A DNA stretch of 64,000 bases from Amphiscolops sp. MND2022. Its lineage: Eukaryota. Below, one piece after another: positions 37,902-51,529 of the stretch; position 1 is the first letter of the stretch, and each line of letters opens with the position of its first letter. The position numbers and the translations under genes were made by a program. The stretch is from the NCBI GenBank assembly GCA_964187785.1, contig OZ076415.1:51026001-51090000 (forward strand), read 5' to 3'. Below the pieces are notes generated by a model. It was not told where the DNA came from, did no database searches, and saw only the letters and a list, made by a program, of their open reading frames with translations.

Positions 37902-40262
37902 TGTTACGACTTATATCCTGGTCGTTTTGCGTTGAGCTTATCCTAACTGATCTAGTGGGGGTGTAGAAACTCCTAGGTTCATTTTCCATTCCCTCTTCAA
38001 CATTCTCTCTAATATTCTCTCTTGTTTCAGGTTTCAAGAGTTTCATCATTTCCTTTTGGGATTCAATTAGGAGATTCTTAATCTCGGAGGTAATTTCCTG
38101 CTTCAGAGATGCTCTCAAACTTTCAAGAAGGCTATTTTCAATCCTGGGGGATTTTGGTTTTGAAGGCCCCGCGGTACTAACGTCTTGTTCTGGAAAACAA
38201 GGATCTTCTCCTACTACTGGTGAAACGAAACCATCTATTTTCCTGTTGGATGTTCTTTCTCGTCTGACTTCGAGTTGTAGACATTTCGATGAAGAAAAGA
38301 TTTTTCTGATGATTTGAATTTCTTTTCAAAGTTTTCAACAAAGTTGAGTTAGAAACGAGGTTGAGACAAACAAGTTTAAAGCAACTGATTATCACAAGAG
38401 GCAAAAGACTGAGTCCCTTAATCATCAAGTTTCACCGTATTTATACCCTTCCCGCATCATTTGATAACAACTATAATCCCTAATTTTCTTCGAACAATTA
38501 ATCTTTTCCAGTTTTATCGATGAAAAAATCACGAAGTTCCCAAATTTGTGTCGATATTTCGTCAATTTTTGAGACACGGCAAATTTAATCTAGCATTAGT
38601 CATCAAACATGATCATATGATTTCATCCCGGCGTCCTTTTGCTTCCTCCCGAGCAGGAAGTAGATATTACTTCAGTTTGTCAAACCGGAAATAATTACCT
38701 GTTTTGCTGCTTCAGTTCGCGAGAAATTGACGCTGAGATGACGCTGACGTGAACAACAAATACCTGATTTTGAAATTCGGTTTGATCAAAATGCTATGAC
38801 TAATTCCAAAGCAGGATTATCTAAACGATGCTAGGACGATATTTTATGAATTTGGACTCATTCTTTTTGTTAGGAATAGAATTAACAAACATGGTATTGA
38901 GACAATACACCAATAACAAATTTAGCATGTCGCGACAAGTGCGACAAATTCCATAAAAGTAACAGCAACATCTGTTTGATAGCAACGGCAACATAAAGGG
39001 TTTAATGGATAGCAACAATGAACTGGTATAGAAATATGATCACAATCATAATTATAGAATAGCGTCTGGAATCATCGAGTACAAAAATGCAAAATATACC
39101 GAAATACATCTTCTGTACAAAATACACTTTAATTGAGGCTGTAAACTGTGACTTCTTGGTTATTCTACTATGAAATCTCGTAATAAAAGTGGCTTACGCA
39201 AGAAAACTCCCTTATTGTTAAGAATACATGACGGTTAATTGACGCGAATTTGAACTATCCTATACGCGTTGATTACGCCTTAAGTCAGATCTTTAAATTG
39301 TGGAAATATTAGCAATACGCTTGTTTTACAATTTGAAATAGCCTGCAATTATCTTTCCCTAGGAAATAACGGCCTTAGTGCGATGAAAAACCTTGACTGG
39401 TGTAGTGAATTCATTCATTTTGTCCGATTTCATAAATTTGTCAACGTCATGTCGACGTGTTTTCTTTGCAGACTTTTGAGCTTCATAAACTTGTCAACGT
39501 CATGTTGACGAGTTTTCTTGGCAGAGTAGAGATTTTGACTATTTAGACGCAATGGTGGCGAGTATTTTAGAAATGAGTCTCTCGCTAGCTGCCGGAGCAG
39601 TGACGTCACAATGGCGGTAAATTGGAATGATTTCTAGTAATTTTATTAGTATAGGCGGAATATTGGAATGATTTTCTGGTACGCATATGCGAGGCAGTGA
39701 CGTCAATTGGTATACCTTCAAGTTTGTCTGCCTCTTACTGACGGCAAATATTCAAGCATTCTTATTTTCTCCGCTGCCTTGTTCACTCAGCGTAATATTG
39801 ACGTCCTAAATCACACTAATTGTCATTCAAAGCGTAGTTAAACTGCCTTTCTAAGAAAAGGCTTAAATCCTTCGACGTGCCATCTCAATGTATTTTTCAT
39901 TTTAGATCTGATTTATGTTCTTTCGGGAGATGACTTTGACTACGTCTTCATTTAGATTAGGCTATGGTTTCTTTATATCGAAGCGTGTTTCAATTTAGTT
40001 TTCAGGTGGCGAATGTTATTGACTTGACCTGACAAAAACGTCTCAACCGGAAATGTGAGAATCATTTTGGCATATTCATTCGTTGTAGCTAGTTTCATTT
40101 GAAGATTCCGTTGATCAAACGTATTTTTGTTTTCTTAGTCACAGTTTATTTGTTACTTTTAATAGTTAAAGTAAGCTTTTGCGAACATCGCAGTGCAGCC
40201 GTGGCCTCTCCCGAAGCCAACTTTTAAACACCCACAACCCAGTCCGGGAGCGGACTGTGACA
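37902..40262 (-). mobile_element. Solo LTR (2361 bp)
   Basis: TGTCACAGTCCG...GTCGTAACA termini and an exact 5-bp TSD ACAAG (37897-37901; 40263-40267). Carries a broken MSTTRSQ...RASLKQEITSEIKNLL ORF. Confidence 0.9.
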
Positions 40263-40899
40263 ACAAGCTGCTTGTTTGAAAACACTTCCGCTTAAATGAT
40301 CATCCAAATGTACTTTATTCATTAAATTTCAGCTAGGTTTTCATCCAAGCGATCAATAAGGTCAAACTAGTGAGTGATTGTGTGGATTTGAAGAATTAGA
40401 AAACGCGAGAAGACCAGAACTAACAAACAACAAAACAGAGAAGTAACATTTTTGTGACAATTATATTGAATGATTTGTTTGGATTTACTGATCAACAAAA
40501 AATAACTCTTGGCTTGGGTCATAGTCTCACTTCGAAACGTAACAGCAATACATGATCGCAATATCAGTGCTACTGGAATAGATGTTGCAAAAACTCTTCT
40601 AAAAATTATTGGTTGGTATATTCCACGCTGCATCCCATCAATAGGAAACAAGCAATTTGGGATGAATCAATTATTAAATGAAGATCCAACAGTATTGTGC
40701 TAAATAGAACAAAGTGTTTTCAGGAAAAATGTTGACTCCAGCATCATTTGGACCTTTGAATTGGGATATAGTGCACTAACTATTTTAGTGGCTGGATTTC
40801 TGGCTAGAGGTGAAATTGATTCACAAGCACAAAAATGCAACTCTTGATAGACGTCCTATTTCCAATGCGATTTGTAAAAGAGGACTTAAAAATATCCTA

Positions 40900-41500
40900 T
40901 TGATGGAAAAGAGAGTACCAATGAAAGAGCTAAGTTTCATCAGGCAAACTATGCAAACCTTTTATTCGAAAAGTAAGAACCTAAGAAATTTTTAGGTATT
41001 TGAACTAACCAAAAAAAAACCTCATCTCAACCTGTGATCTTAAATACAACAGAAACAAATGAAGGACCACTCTCCATGTGGGCTTCATCTGCCAAACGTT
41101 GCAACGGGCAACGAATGAATTGAAAGGAAATTGTGCAACAAGAAACGAACGTTGAGCTCAAAGCTGTAAATAATTTTCAGTTTTCATAGTCTCGAGATCG
41201 CACAGAACTGAACTTTTCAACTGTGCCCAGTGGAGCGACTAGTTTGCTAACTTTTTAAAGTGAATCAACTCTTAGATCGATTCTTTCATTACTCCCCTAC
41301 TTACAACGGTGATCATCTTTCGTTCCGATAAGCATAAAGTGACTGAATGAAAAATCTGGTTAATACGCAAAATTTGGTCGGATTTGAAATTTTTCGAATG
41401 TATCTATTGAAGAACAACAGAGAGCACGAAGATTCATATTAACGCAAAAAATGAACTGTACTTGGGCCTTACGTATGAAAATATGAATTATCACTGGGCC
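40900..41500 (-). pseudogene. Decayed GPCR paralog (TM3-TM5, possibly TM6)
   Basis: QFPFNSFVARCNVWQMKPTWRVVLHLFLLYL (about 41130-41040) closely matches FPFNKFVARCNLWQLRPLWRTIIDLFVLYL at 10.6 kb. Upstream NRYIRKISNPT..TRFFIQ matches IRYKFVCQPT..PKFFIR at 27.8 kb. Confidence 0.7.
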
Positions 41501-44500
41501 CCAATCATTCTATATGAATTGTTTTTGGAGATAGAACGCAGTGAATCTACGACATACCATGTTTGCCTAAACTTCTGCGACCCTCTGCTCATCCACATTC
41601 CATTTCATGAATTTCATGAGCTTTCGAAAATGAAAGCACTTGATGATACACTCTATCGCATTGAGAGGCTCAAATATACCGAGTATCATGAATTGTTGTT
41701 TGTCCTAAATCGACAAAACGTCTGTTACCAAGTTAAGCCTAAAAACATACACAAACACATCGTATATGTTGATTTGCCAGTGACGTCACAAAACCATAAA
41801 ATATATGTTTTTCTCTTAGTTGTGTTCGATGTTCAGTTATGAAGTACCCTACAGAGAGAGGCTGAAAGAGTTGTAGTTTTAGGTCCAGAAACAACAACAC
41901 CTAATGAAAAGAATTAATTGTCCATTCTGAATTAAGGATACAAGTCAAAACATCGAGTTGAGCTTTGAATGTAAATCGAGATTGCGAAAGAGCGGTATTG
42001 AATGATCATCTCTTTGAGTCGAAAAAGCGGTTTTGTCAAACATTTATGTGGGATATAGCGTAGAAGCTAAAAATCGGGATGCTTCAATATTTCATTATGT
42101 TTTTTAAATGTAATGTTGTTGAATGCGATTGTTCTACGTTAAAAGTTTCTGGATTTGTATTGTCTTGCTTGTTTGGGAAGCTTGTGTTTGTATTTGTAGA
42201 TTCCATTTGTTCTTCTACCATGGAAGATTTTACAGCCTAAATAGGTCCGCGGAAAATAATTGGAGAGTCATTACACAATGGTGTTGTTGTGGGATCAGTG
42301 ACATTACAAATATTTTGAGGATCCAGTTGTGTTTGTAGGTAAAGATGAGGTTGAGTCATAGATAAGATATCTTACTGGTTGCTTTATCTTGATTGCGAGG
42401 AGAATGTGAAGTAAGAACTCATAGGCAGACGAGAATGAGATACTTTAAGTTGTGGTTCAAGTGTTTTTGAATGATCGCTGGTGAAGTTATTTTAAGTTTG
42501 TGAAAGTTGGTGTTGTAGAGATTTTCAAGAGTAACAACAGATTCAGTTGAAAAATACGTTCTGAAGACATGACTGTGGAAACGAGTAGTTTGTTTAAGAA
42601 TATAAATCGACAGGACTGAAACTTTCATATTCGTCAAGTCTGAAGTTTAAAGGACATCTGTGAAGACTTGGATTGACTTTTGAAAAATTTCGAATATGTG
42701 ATGGTTCATCAGAATTGATGGAGGATTCATCTGATGGTTTTAGTGGTGGTATACAATTGTAATTGATAGGAAGTTTTGGTAGCGTGTAACTCGCGTTTCT
42801 TTAGGTCATCACGGGCATCATTTTGGTCATTGACCGTTTCAACTGTATTGGTGCCATGTGCAATAGAACTAAGTATTTGAATATTGTATGTACCATAATT
42901 TTTGAAGATTACATAATTAGGAAGTGTTTGTTATTGATTGTATGAGAGTTGAAAGTACTTGTACAAACAAAAGTATGAAAGTAGTTACCACATTGTCTTA
43001 AGATGTAACATGTGTAACCAAACAATGCAATAGAGCATGAAAACTATTTGGTGGTAAAATGGGCAGATATGTTAAGAAGTCTATCATGTAGCCCAATACG
43101 AAGTGTAGAATATGGATCACCTTCAAGTATATTGCAACATAGTTAGGAGTATTAGTACAATGAAAGACTAACTGACAGCTTTTCCAAGTAATTGAAGTGT
43201 TGTATAAGGAGAATTTGAAACGAGAATTTCAAGTCAGCTTTGGTCAAGATCTGCTTTTGAAAAAATACCAGCATTTTAGGATTTAAACGTATTAGGTCGT
43301 TTTGTAGTTTACTTCGAGCAAGAGTAAACATAAGAGGAGGTTTTTGTTTGAGAGGTTCAGTACGAAGAATATAAAAATCATGATCATCTGAAAATGGATC
43401 AAGTTTTATAATGTTACAGTGCTAAATACCACAGTTGGGCGTTTTGTACAGACTAGTCTTGTAACGAGTTGATTGTTATTATTCTCATTTTTATGAAGAG
43501 TATTAAGCTCTTGAACAGCCATTGAGCGAAATACACGTTTAAGAGTGTAGTCTATTTTGTATCAAAATGGGGATCATAATCAAGAGTGTCAGAAATGGGT
43601 GAGACGTTCAGAGCTGGGGAAAAACTTTGATTATTTGAATTAATAAAAGCTAATTTTCCTGAGATCTTTTAATTGGAGATTCTGTTGTCCTGTTTTCATA
43701 TTAACACCTCTGTTACAAAGATATCGGAGTGTTTTGCAAAAAACGCTGGTCTATGTTTACTACAAAATTTTTGAACATGGGGGGAAAATTCAAAGCGTGA
43801 AAAACTAGGTTTCTGTGGGGTGTGTGTATTTGGAGCAACTATATAAGGTTAAGTTGTTCCTCGTTTGCCTCAAGTGGTTTGAGGTTTATTTGGAATTGAA
43901 GAGTATATGAAAGAGTCAGTTTCCATGCAATACTCTTCTCCAATGTTTGTCATACTTCCTACAAAACCTTATGACGTAAATTCTGAACAAATGTAATCGC
44001 TAAAAGACTGTCAGGAATCCTCGGTGTGGGTTTGCAAAAACCTTCTGCAAAAAACACGCGAATTTACGTTCATCTATAATTTTTTTTGATGTGTCGTCAT
44101 TCTTAGTTCCACCAAATAAATTTACTTCAAAGTGGTGATGTGCAGGGCAGTCAAGATGAGGATTTTTAGCGATCGTAGAGCCATTCTTCGTCAGCTGGCA
44201 AGATTGCAAAAGAACCAGTGTACATAATATTAAATTAGTAAGTAGTGAAGAGTTTTTGAACGTGTTCTAGCTTTTGTTGAAACAAGGTTTTTCTAAAAGG
44301 TGGTAAACGTTTGATAATAATAAAAGCGTTCAATATGTTATTGTTTGTTCCATCAGAGTTTCCAATTAGCGTATCTACATTCTAAGGGTCAAGAGTAACA
44401 ATTAGAGGTATTGTGTTAAGTTTACAAACTCTTTTATATACGTGTCCTTGCATTAGCGTCACGTTTGAGAGGTCCAAAAGGTTTGGCCCTTGCTCTTATA

Positions 44501-44802
44501 CAAACTCGAGCTTGAACTTCAGAAAGTTTTATGCTTGCAGGAGCTTCAGTACAATGTTTAACGTTTAAGAAATTGAACTTTCCCACAAATGTTCACAGTC
44601 ATAATAGGAGACCCCAATATTAACAATAAGTAGGGTCATCGGATGGAAAATAATTATCAGAATCAGTTTGGTAAAAAAGTAGAAGATGTATAATAAAAGG
44701 TGCATGAAACTTTTATAGGTCCGTGTTCTAAAAGATGATATCTTTGAGGTTAAAACATATGTTACAGAACATAATTTTGTCCAATGTTAAGTCCGGATAG
44801 GT

Positions 44803-44968
44803 AGGATCACGGTTGTACTCAATTTATGCAAATTTGAATGGAGCAGTTGTGGTCTTCTGTTCAAGTTTGGCAAATTGAAATACCTAGGATCACGGTTGTA
44901 CTCCATTTATGCAAATTTGAATGGAGCAGTGGTGGTCTTCTGTTCAAGTTTGGCAAATTGAAATACCT
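44803..44968. repeat. 83-bp tandem duplication
   Basis: 44803-44885 and 44886-44968 differ at only 2 positions. Confidence 0.92.
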
Positions 44969-45889
44969 GGTGAGGATTTCATCATTGAGATCTGACTTTA
45001 ACTTCAAGTTTTATATCTAAACTAGGTTTCTGGAGTATTTCATGTTTAAGTTCCATTTAATGGTTTGTCCGTCTTGTGTAGGTGGAAAAAGAGTACTAGA
45101 AGATGTTGGTGGAGAATAGTTTGAAAAATTTTCCAAAGATTGTGAACTTGGTCCTTAAGATGATAGTGTAGTTACACAGCGTGGTTGAGTTGTTATAAAA
45201 TTTTGCGAACTTCGAGTGGATAAGCTTGGGGCAGCAAGAGATGTTTCGAAAGGGTCCAGGATTCCAAATTCTTGTTTGTTCATTTTCGCTCTGCTTTTTT
45301 GCACTCAATTGATTGTTGTCGTTTGCGACTATGATACAGTGAAGTGAATGATTAATGTCAAAAAGTTTGGTTTTGGGAATAATGAAACAACAATCTTTTC
45401 GTGGTTTGGTTGTTGTTGTAGTGTATATTGAGTGTTGGAATGTCTGCCATTTGAAGTCCACTAGGAGGAGTTGGAAATAAATTTTAGGGGGAGAAGAAAA
45501 GTTATCAGACAAGTGAGGAGTAGGATTGGAAGAAGGGTCAAAAGTATGGTTTTTGAGAAGATGGGTTTCATAATCATAAGTTGGGTTATCCTTTAAAGAC
45601 GTATCAAGACTAAATTGATGGGATGTAGGTGAGGGTATTAGGATTTTAGATAATCAAGAAAAAGTTTCATCATCAGAGAAAGAGTCATCAGAATTGAAAG
45701 AAGAGTAATCGCTATCAGTTTTTGTTTTGAGTCTGAGAAAGGCACGAAGTTTCCAAGTCGAGGAATTGAAAGTGGTTCATTTACATAAAAAAGTATAAAA
45801 GTTTCTTTGCGTATGAACTGTGGTACCTTCCTGCGAAAGAAGTTCATAAGTAACATCGGAGAGTATTTTAAGTAATTTATATGGGTCAA

Positions 45890-46330
45890 TTCGAATGGGT
45901 TCGGTTTCGTCAGAAAAATGTCGGGGTCGGAAGATTATCTAATACCCAAAAGCGTACAAAGTTGTGTCATAACTTCATTGGTGCACCCGGATCCGCAATC
46001 AGTTAAAATGCATTTGGGAGTTGTAACGGCTGCTTGCCCTTATCCTGTACTGAGATTTGACAAGCTTTACGCCGCCCTGTTCTGTTGCTTAGTACTGTGG
46101 ACCGTTACTACACGAAACCTGATTTTCTTGTTCTAAAAGACTTTAACTTTTGGCTGGTAGGTCCGATATGACCCGTAGGATCTCCTGGTGATCCTCTTTG
46201 CATTTGTTTGGATCCGATGTGATCCGTCACAGACTTCCCTCACTGTATCTTCACTCGCTCCGGCTCTCTAAGTATGAGAGTAGCTACTTAGTCGCTCTAA
46301 CTGTAGCGAAAAGTTGTGAAGATTGAGAAG
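45890..46330 (-). mobile_element. Possible decayed LTR-ORF fragment nested in the Gypsy copy
   Basis: Composition breaks from the flanks; KEDHQEILRVISDL resembles GQREILKIIENL of the 35810 LTR ORF. Confidence 0.3.
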
Positions 46331-49300
46331 TTGAATATTTAGTCTCTTGAACCTAACACCCATTTTGACTATAGCTCTTAAGTCGTTCATTTCTCGATCA
46401 AATAACGGTATACTTATCGTTTACAATTCTACAGTTAATATTCATCAAAATGTGTTGTATGAATAAATGACATTTAAAGAATAATTTGAAGGTATTGGCT
46501 AAGTAAACAAACAATGTGGTGGTTTTGGCATGTTGGTCAGGTCGGCTAGAAAGTATGTTTACACAAAGTAAATTTTATTAATTTCAACAGAGTTACATTT
46601 CCTTCAAGGTCATATGAGAAAATCACATAATAATTTGTCTATCAAAATTGGGTTATCATGGGGTTCAACTTAGGTCTGTCTCGGTGTTAATTGCTGGCGC
46701 CAACAGGAGGACCAAATTTGATAATCCAGTGATGTAAAAAAATATTTGACAGCCGTTTTTGCAGTGTTCGAATTTTTAGGTACTGTGACAACAAAATGAC
46801 TGATCGCGTCGACAAGGACACGTGTATATGACTGGTTTTGGGAAGGTGGGTTTAAAAGATCTTTGTTTGATTATAGAGACACGATAGTTAAAAAGGAGCT
46901 CTCTCTGAGAAAAATATGAATTGGAGCTGCATTTAATTTCATAATGACATGTTTGTTTCGTTAACATCCAAAACAGTGTTGTATGAAAATGGATAACTGT
47001 TTTTCAAGAAGTGAAATGTAATAAAAATGAGCGAATGTACTGTTTGTAGTTTTAATACCAGTGTGACAAGGGTCATGACGTTTTGTGAAAGCTCTTTTGA
47101 AAAGACGAAATGGAAACAAATTTCATTATTTTTTTCAAATAAACTAGAAGTGGCATTAAGGTTTGTTTCAGAAAAGAGTTTGTTTCTTTTTGTGTAAACT
47201 AAGAATGACTGTTGTGTCATCAAAGAGAATTTTAGAAAAGAATTTGTAATGTGCGTGTAAAAAAGGAGAACCAAGTATGACAGGTGTAAGAAATTCCCGG
47301 TTAGCATTATGACAATGCCAGTGATAGATAGTTTTGACGATAGCGTCTTGGGTTTCTTGGTGTTTGACTGTGTGTAACGCGAATGAGAAATCGTCAGCTA
47401 AGAAAAACCTTGAAAATAGTTTTTATAAGAACTATAAGAACATGTACTATAACAAGCAAATCACGGTCGTACTATAACAAGCGAATCACCATCGAAGCTG
47501 GAAGGTTTTGGTTCTTGAGGAATCAGTATGCAAGAGTAGTATGACATGACTTTCATTTTAATGTCTTCATTCGATTGGAAAAGGTAAGCGACTAGTCCAA
47601 TTAAGGAAGCGTCAACTGTAATAAAGAAATGGTGTTTGGCGTAAGGAAATGTAAGTTCTGTATCTGCGTCTTCAGACATTTAAAACAATATTTCAAAGTC
47701 AAAGGTCCAGTTCCAAGGAGTGTTTTCAGGTAGTAACTCATTAAATGGTTTGAGATTGGTCTGTAGTTTTTCACAGATTGGTCTGTAGTATGACAATTGT
47801 TTTCAAGTTTGGTACGCGTTTAGGTACACAGAAGTCTCTAATGATAGGTAATTTGTATTGTTTGCGAGCACGAGCTAATTGAAAGCAAGAACTTCTTTCG
47901 ATCATGATTCGTCAGATTGTTCTTTAGTTGAACTCAAGAGTCTATCAACGAGAACACAATTAATAGAGTCAATTTTAGGTAAAAAGAGGAGGATTTAGAC
48001 AAGTTGTTCCATGGTTGGATTCATCTTGTGCAGAAGAACAAACAAATAAATTTGTGTTACATTTCTTCAAAAAGGTTGTTGAGTTTTTTTTCTTCATTGA
48101 AAAGGTATTCTAGAAGGGCGTTGGTGATTAGTTCAACAATTGGTTTGAGAAGTAATATGAACGGAGTACAATTTTTCAAACGTCCTTTTCATGAGTAGCA
48201 TAATTGTTCTTGTGTTTAACTACGAGGTTACAAAGAGTTACATATCCAGTTTCTGTAAGACCAGAAAATTGGAATTATAATTATTCATAAATTCAAGTTG
48301 TCTTTAGAAAAAGGAAAGGTGGGAACATAGCGTGATGTAAATGTGGCAGGTGGGTTGGATGTCATATATGCACGAGGAATATTTGAGAGGTGGTGTTGAT
48401 GTTGCCATACACATTTGGTGTGAAGAAAAGTGATTGTCTGCAGATTATTGTTTTGGAGGTGTTAAATTAAAATTTGATGGTGGAATGGGCTCAGTTAAAT
48501 CAGGATGGTCTACATGAGCAACAATGTGTACAAGTGTATCAATATCATTGATTTGATGATATCTAGGTTCCTCATTTGTGATTGACATTTCTATACAACG
48601 TAACGTATTTGTCCTTGAGGCAGTGTACCAACATGGTTTGTTTTGAATTTTAAACTATAGTTGAACAAAATTCAGGTCTTTGGTCAGTTAAAAGTTTTAT
48701 AAAATTGAAGATTGTACGGCAATTCGTAAAGAAGTAAGTATATGGTAATGTAGGGAAAATTTGGTTGCAAGGAGTTCGAGTTCAATCGAATTTGTGTTCT
48801 AGAAACAATTTTGTATATGCATGAGACGTATGGATAATCTTTGGACGTATAGATAAATCTATGGATAAGAGACGAACTCAGTAATAATTGATTGGTCTTT
48901 AGAATGATAATGGATTTGTAGTGTAAAGTCTTGAATGTTAGTGTTCTTTAATGCACTGTTTATTTTCCTCAATGATAGGAGTCCAAGAATGTTATATTCT
49001 TTGTCTGCAACCGCAAAAGGAATTATAAATTGACGCGAATGATCTTGAATTGACATATTCAAGGTAATAGTTACAAATAGTTAGTGAAATGTAGGCTCTT
49101 CAGTTTGGCCGGAACTGTTAGTGTTTTTGAAACATGATTTGTTTTATCATTGCAAGGTATGAACGGAAGTGTTGCAATTGTGGGATAGTTGACCACAGAA
49201 ATGGAAGCACCACTGTTTAAAAAGAATGATATTTCTAGTCGTGTCGGATAGTCAAATTTGTTTTGGTTTTCCTGTGAGTGTGTGTGGAACGACTGAAACC

Positions 49301-50454
49301 AACTTGGTGGAGTTGAAGCCTTTGCCATTTCAGTAGGGTGAAACATGTGTATTTCACAGTTGATAGAATCATTTGATGTTTGTGGTTGAATGGAATTACC
49401 TTTGATTTTTGAATATGAGCAAGAGCGAGATCTAGAAGATCTAGATTCCCTTGGTCTTGATGGAGGTCATGTTCATCGTGACCATCAGGGGAATGTGACA
49501 ATAGAGAATAACATTGTTAACATTGTTTCTAGTTTTAGATTGTGATCGAGATCTAGAGTTTCCAGAATCTCTTGTTCTTGAAGTAGGTTTTTTGAAAGTA
49601 GTGAAGTTTGAAATGCCACATCTCTTCAAAATGAACGTGGTCTAAAACGAGGATGGGAATCACGTCTATATGGTGATCTAAAGGAAAATCAAAAAGGTTA
49701 ACAATATAATCGAGAATCTCGTCTGTAATTGTCATATCTAGATTTGTTGCACTGTGGAGGAGTAATGTTTCCTTCATACTTGTACCGGTCTCTAGAATGC
49801 GGGCAATGTCTGCTTTTTCACTATCACGGAGTTGTTGTTATCTCGAGAAGATGAGCCAAAGTACTCAACAAAAAAAGATTTGAGGAGATTTTGATCTTGC
49901 ATATGCATCACGTTTGTCTTCATCATCTCGATGTTTTTTGAATCATGCTGAAATATAGTGATTTGTTCGATGAAAATATGAACACTATATTTCATAAGTA
50001 GGATTCTGTTCGTTATTACAGTCTCGTGGTTGAGTAATTATAATTAATTTCCGTTTGTTCAAAGCAACCTTCAAGGGTAAGATCATGTGTACGAAATTTC
50101 TCATTTGCTGTATATTCAGCGTCGACTAACAAGTGTATCAAAGGGTATTGAAGGTTCTAAAACAATAGAAGTGTGTTTTACTTGTCGTTTGTTCGCAAAA
50201 TCTTGAAGGTTTTTGTGAATTCTCTGGAGAAAATTCCCTTACACTTTAATTTCATAGTAGAAGCATTTTCATTGGACCTGTTATTTTAACTAATTATTGA
50301 ACTTTACTGAATTTTTCAAAAGTCTTAGCATTACATACACGGAAAGGTGACTTCTAGTTGGTGTTCACAGATATCGTGGGTTAGAGATAGGGATTACACA
50401 TAAGATATAGCGTGTGTTGAGCCTCAAGTTGGTTGATCTTTAGAACAAAAATAA

Positions 50455-50620
50455 AATGCCGGGAATAGCCCAAGCCGGGAATAGCCCAAGCCGGGGCCAG
50501 ATCTAAGACTCAAAAATTGCATAAAGACTTCAAAATGTCTTGGAAAACAGTTTCTTCAAATTGTTTTGTCTACAGTACCCAAAAAAAACCAACAGTGGGA
50601 CTGAATTGCCGCGCCATTTC
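50455..50620 (-). mobile_element. Helitron-like end related to 6260-6712
   Basis: Reverse complement GCAATTTTTGAGTCTTAGATCTGGCCCCGGCTTGGGCTATTCCCGGCTTG resembles 6657-6710; includes a local 17-bp duplication. Confidence 0.4.
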
Positions 50621-51529
50621 AGAGTCTTGCCATTCAATCTCTTGCAAGGTATCAAAAAAAAGTTACATCCGAACGATGAAAACGTTATATCCAAACATTT
50701 AAACCTTATATCCGAACGCCGAAAAAACCCGAAGGTTACAAAATAAAAAAACCAGTTTGTCGTTAAATCCGCTGTGCGTTAAATCGGGTTCGCGCCAAAA
50801 GAGTTCCAGGGCGACCCTTTTCTAAAATTGAAATTTTCTCCAAGAACTGTTTTATCCGGTATACGTTAATTCCGTAATTCATTATATCCGGTTTGCAGAA
50901 AATCTGGTATGGGTTGAATTATTGTCGAAGGAGACTCCTTGCCGCTTTTAACACCTTTCTAAAATTCTCCAAGAAACGTTATATCAGGTATACCAACAGC
51001 TTCTAAAGCATATAAACTTTGTCACTTCGACCGTCCTAAAAAGCTACTACTATAGTCGTCTCTTTCTACGAACGCGCCGACTAAAAACTGGCAGTTTATC
51101 TTCAAACAACATTTCCTCTGTAAACCTGTTGTTGAAGCTGAAGTCCATGCTGATAGCTATCAAACACAATAAAACTAAAGAAGAAAATGCAAACGCAAAT
51201 CGAGTTACATTCAATGAGTTATCAGTGTCGCAGTCTATCTCTCGGTCGTACTTTCTTGGGAAGTCCCCCGAGATTTTAATCCGCCTGTTTCTATACTTCA
51301 CCTGGATAGACCGTCCACTTAGGACAAAATTTCAATCGGCCTGAGGAAATCTCTTCGGCTCAGTCACGGGTCATTGAGGTTCTTTGAGACTCTTTTCTCA
51401 ATTTTGGTTGATATTTACTCAAAGCTCGTCTCGGATAAACCTGAATTTTCACGTCCAGGCTGACAAACGACGTTTAAGTCCTCCGGTGTTACAGCGGGTG
51501 AATCCTTTGTCACTTCTCTCTTATGGGTT

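Larger units (their letters stand above)
41900..50450 (-). mobile_element. Second decayed copy of the large env-bearing Gypsy family
   Basis: gag-like region at 50.3-49.4 kb; protease FLNSGASISVV and IIPFAVADKEYNILG at 49.2-49.0 kb; RT N-terminus at 48.3-47.85 kb with the YxDD core not seen; RNase H FITVDASLIG at 47.6 kb; env GFCKPTPR (44.03 kb), QKPPLMFT (43.34 kb) and TLRIGLHD (43.1 kb) matching 20.7-21.8 kb. Boundaries are approximate. Confidence 0.78.

Noticed and set aside
40367-40651. TM5-TM6-like ORF (FATSIPVALIL...NVTSLFCCLLVLVF)
   Set aside because: Hydrophobic but lacks the family motifs and CWxP/NPxxY; insufficient support.
41462-41842. 126-aa plus-strand ORF
   Set aside because: No recognisable domain; it lies antisense to the decayed GPCR copy.
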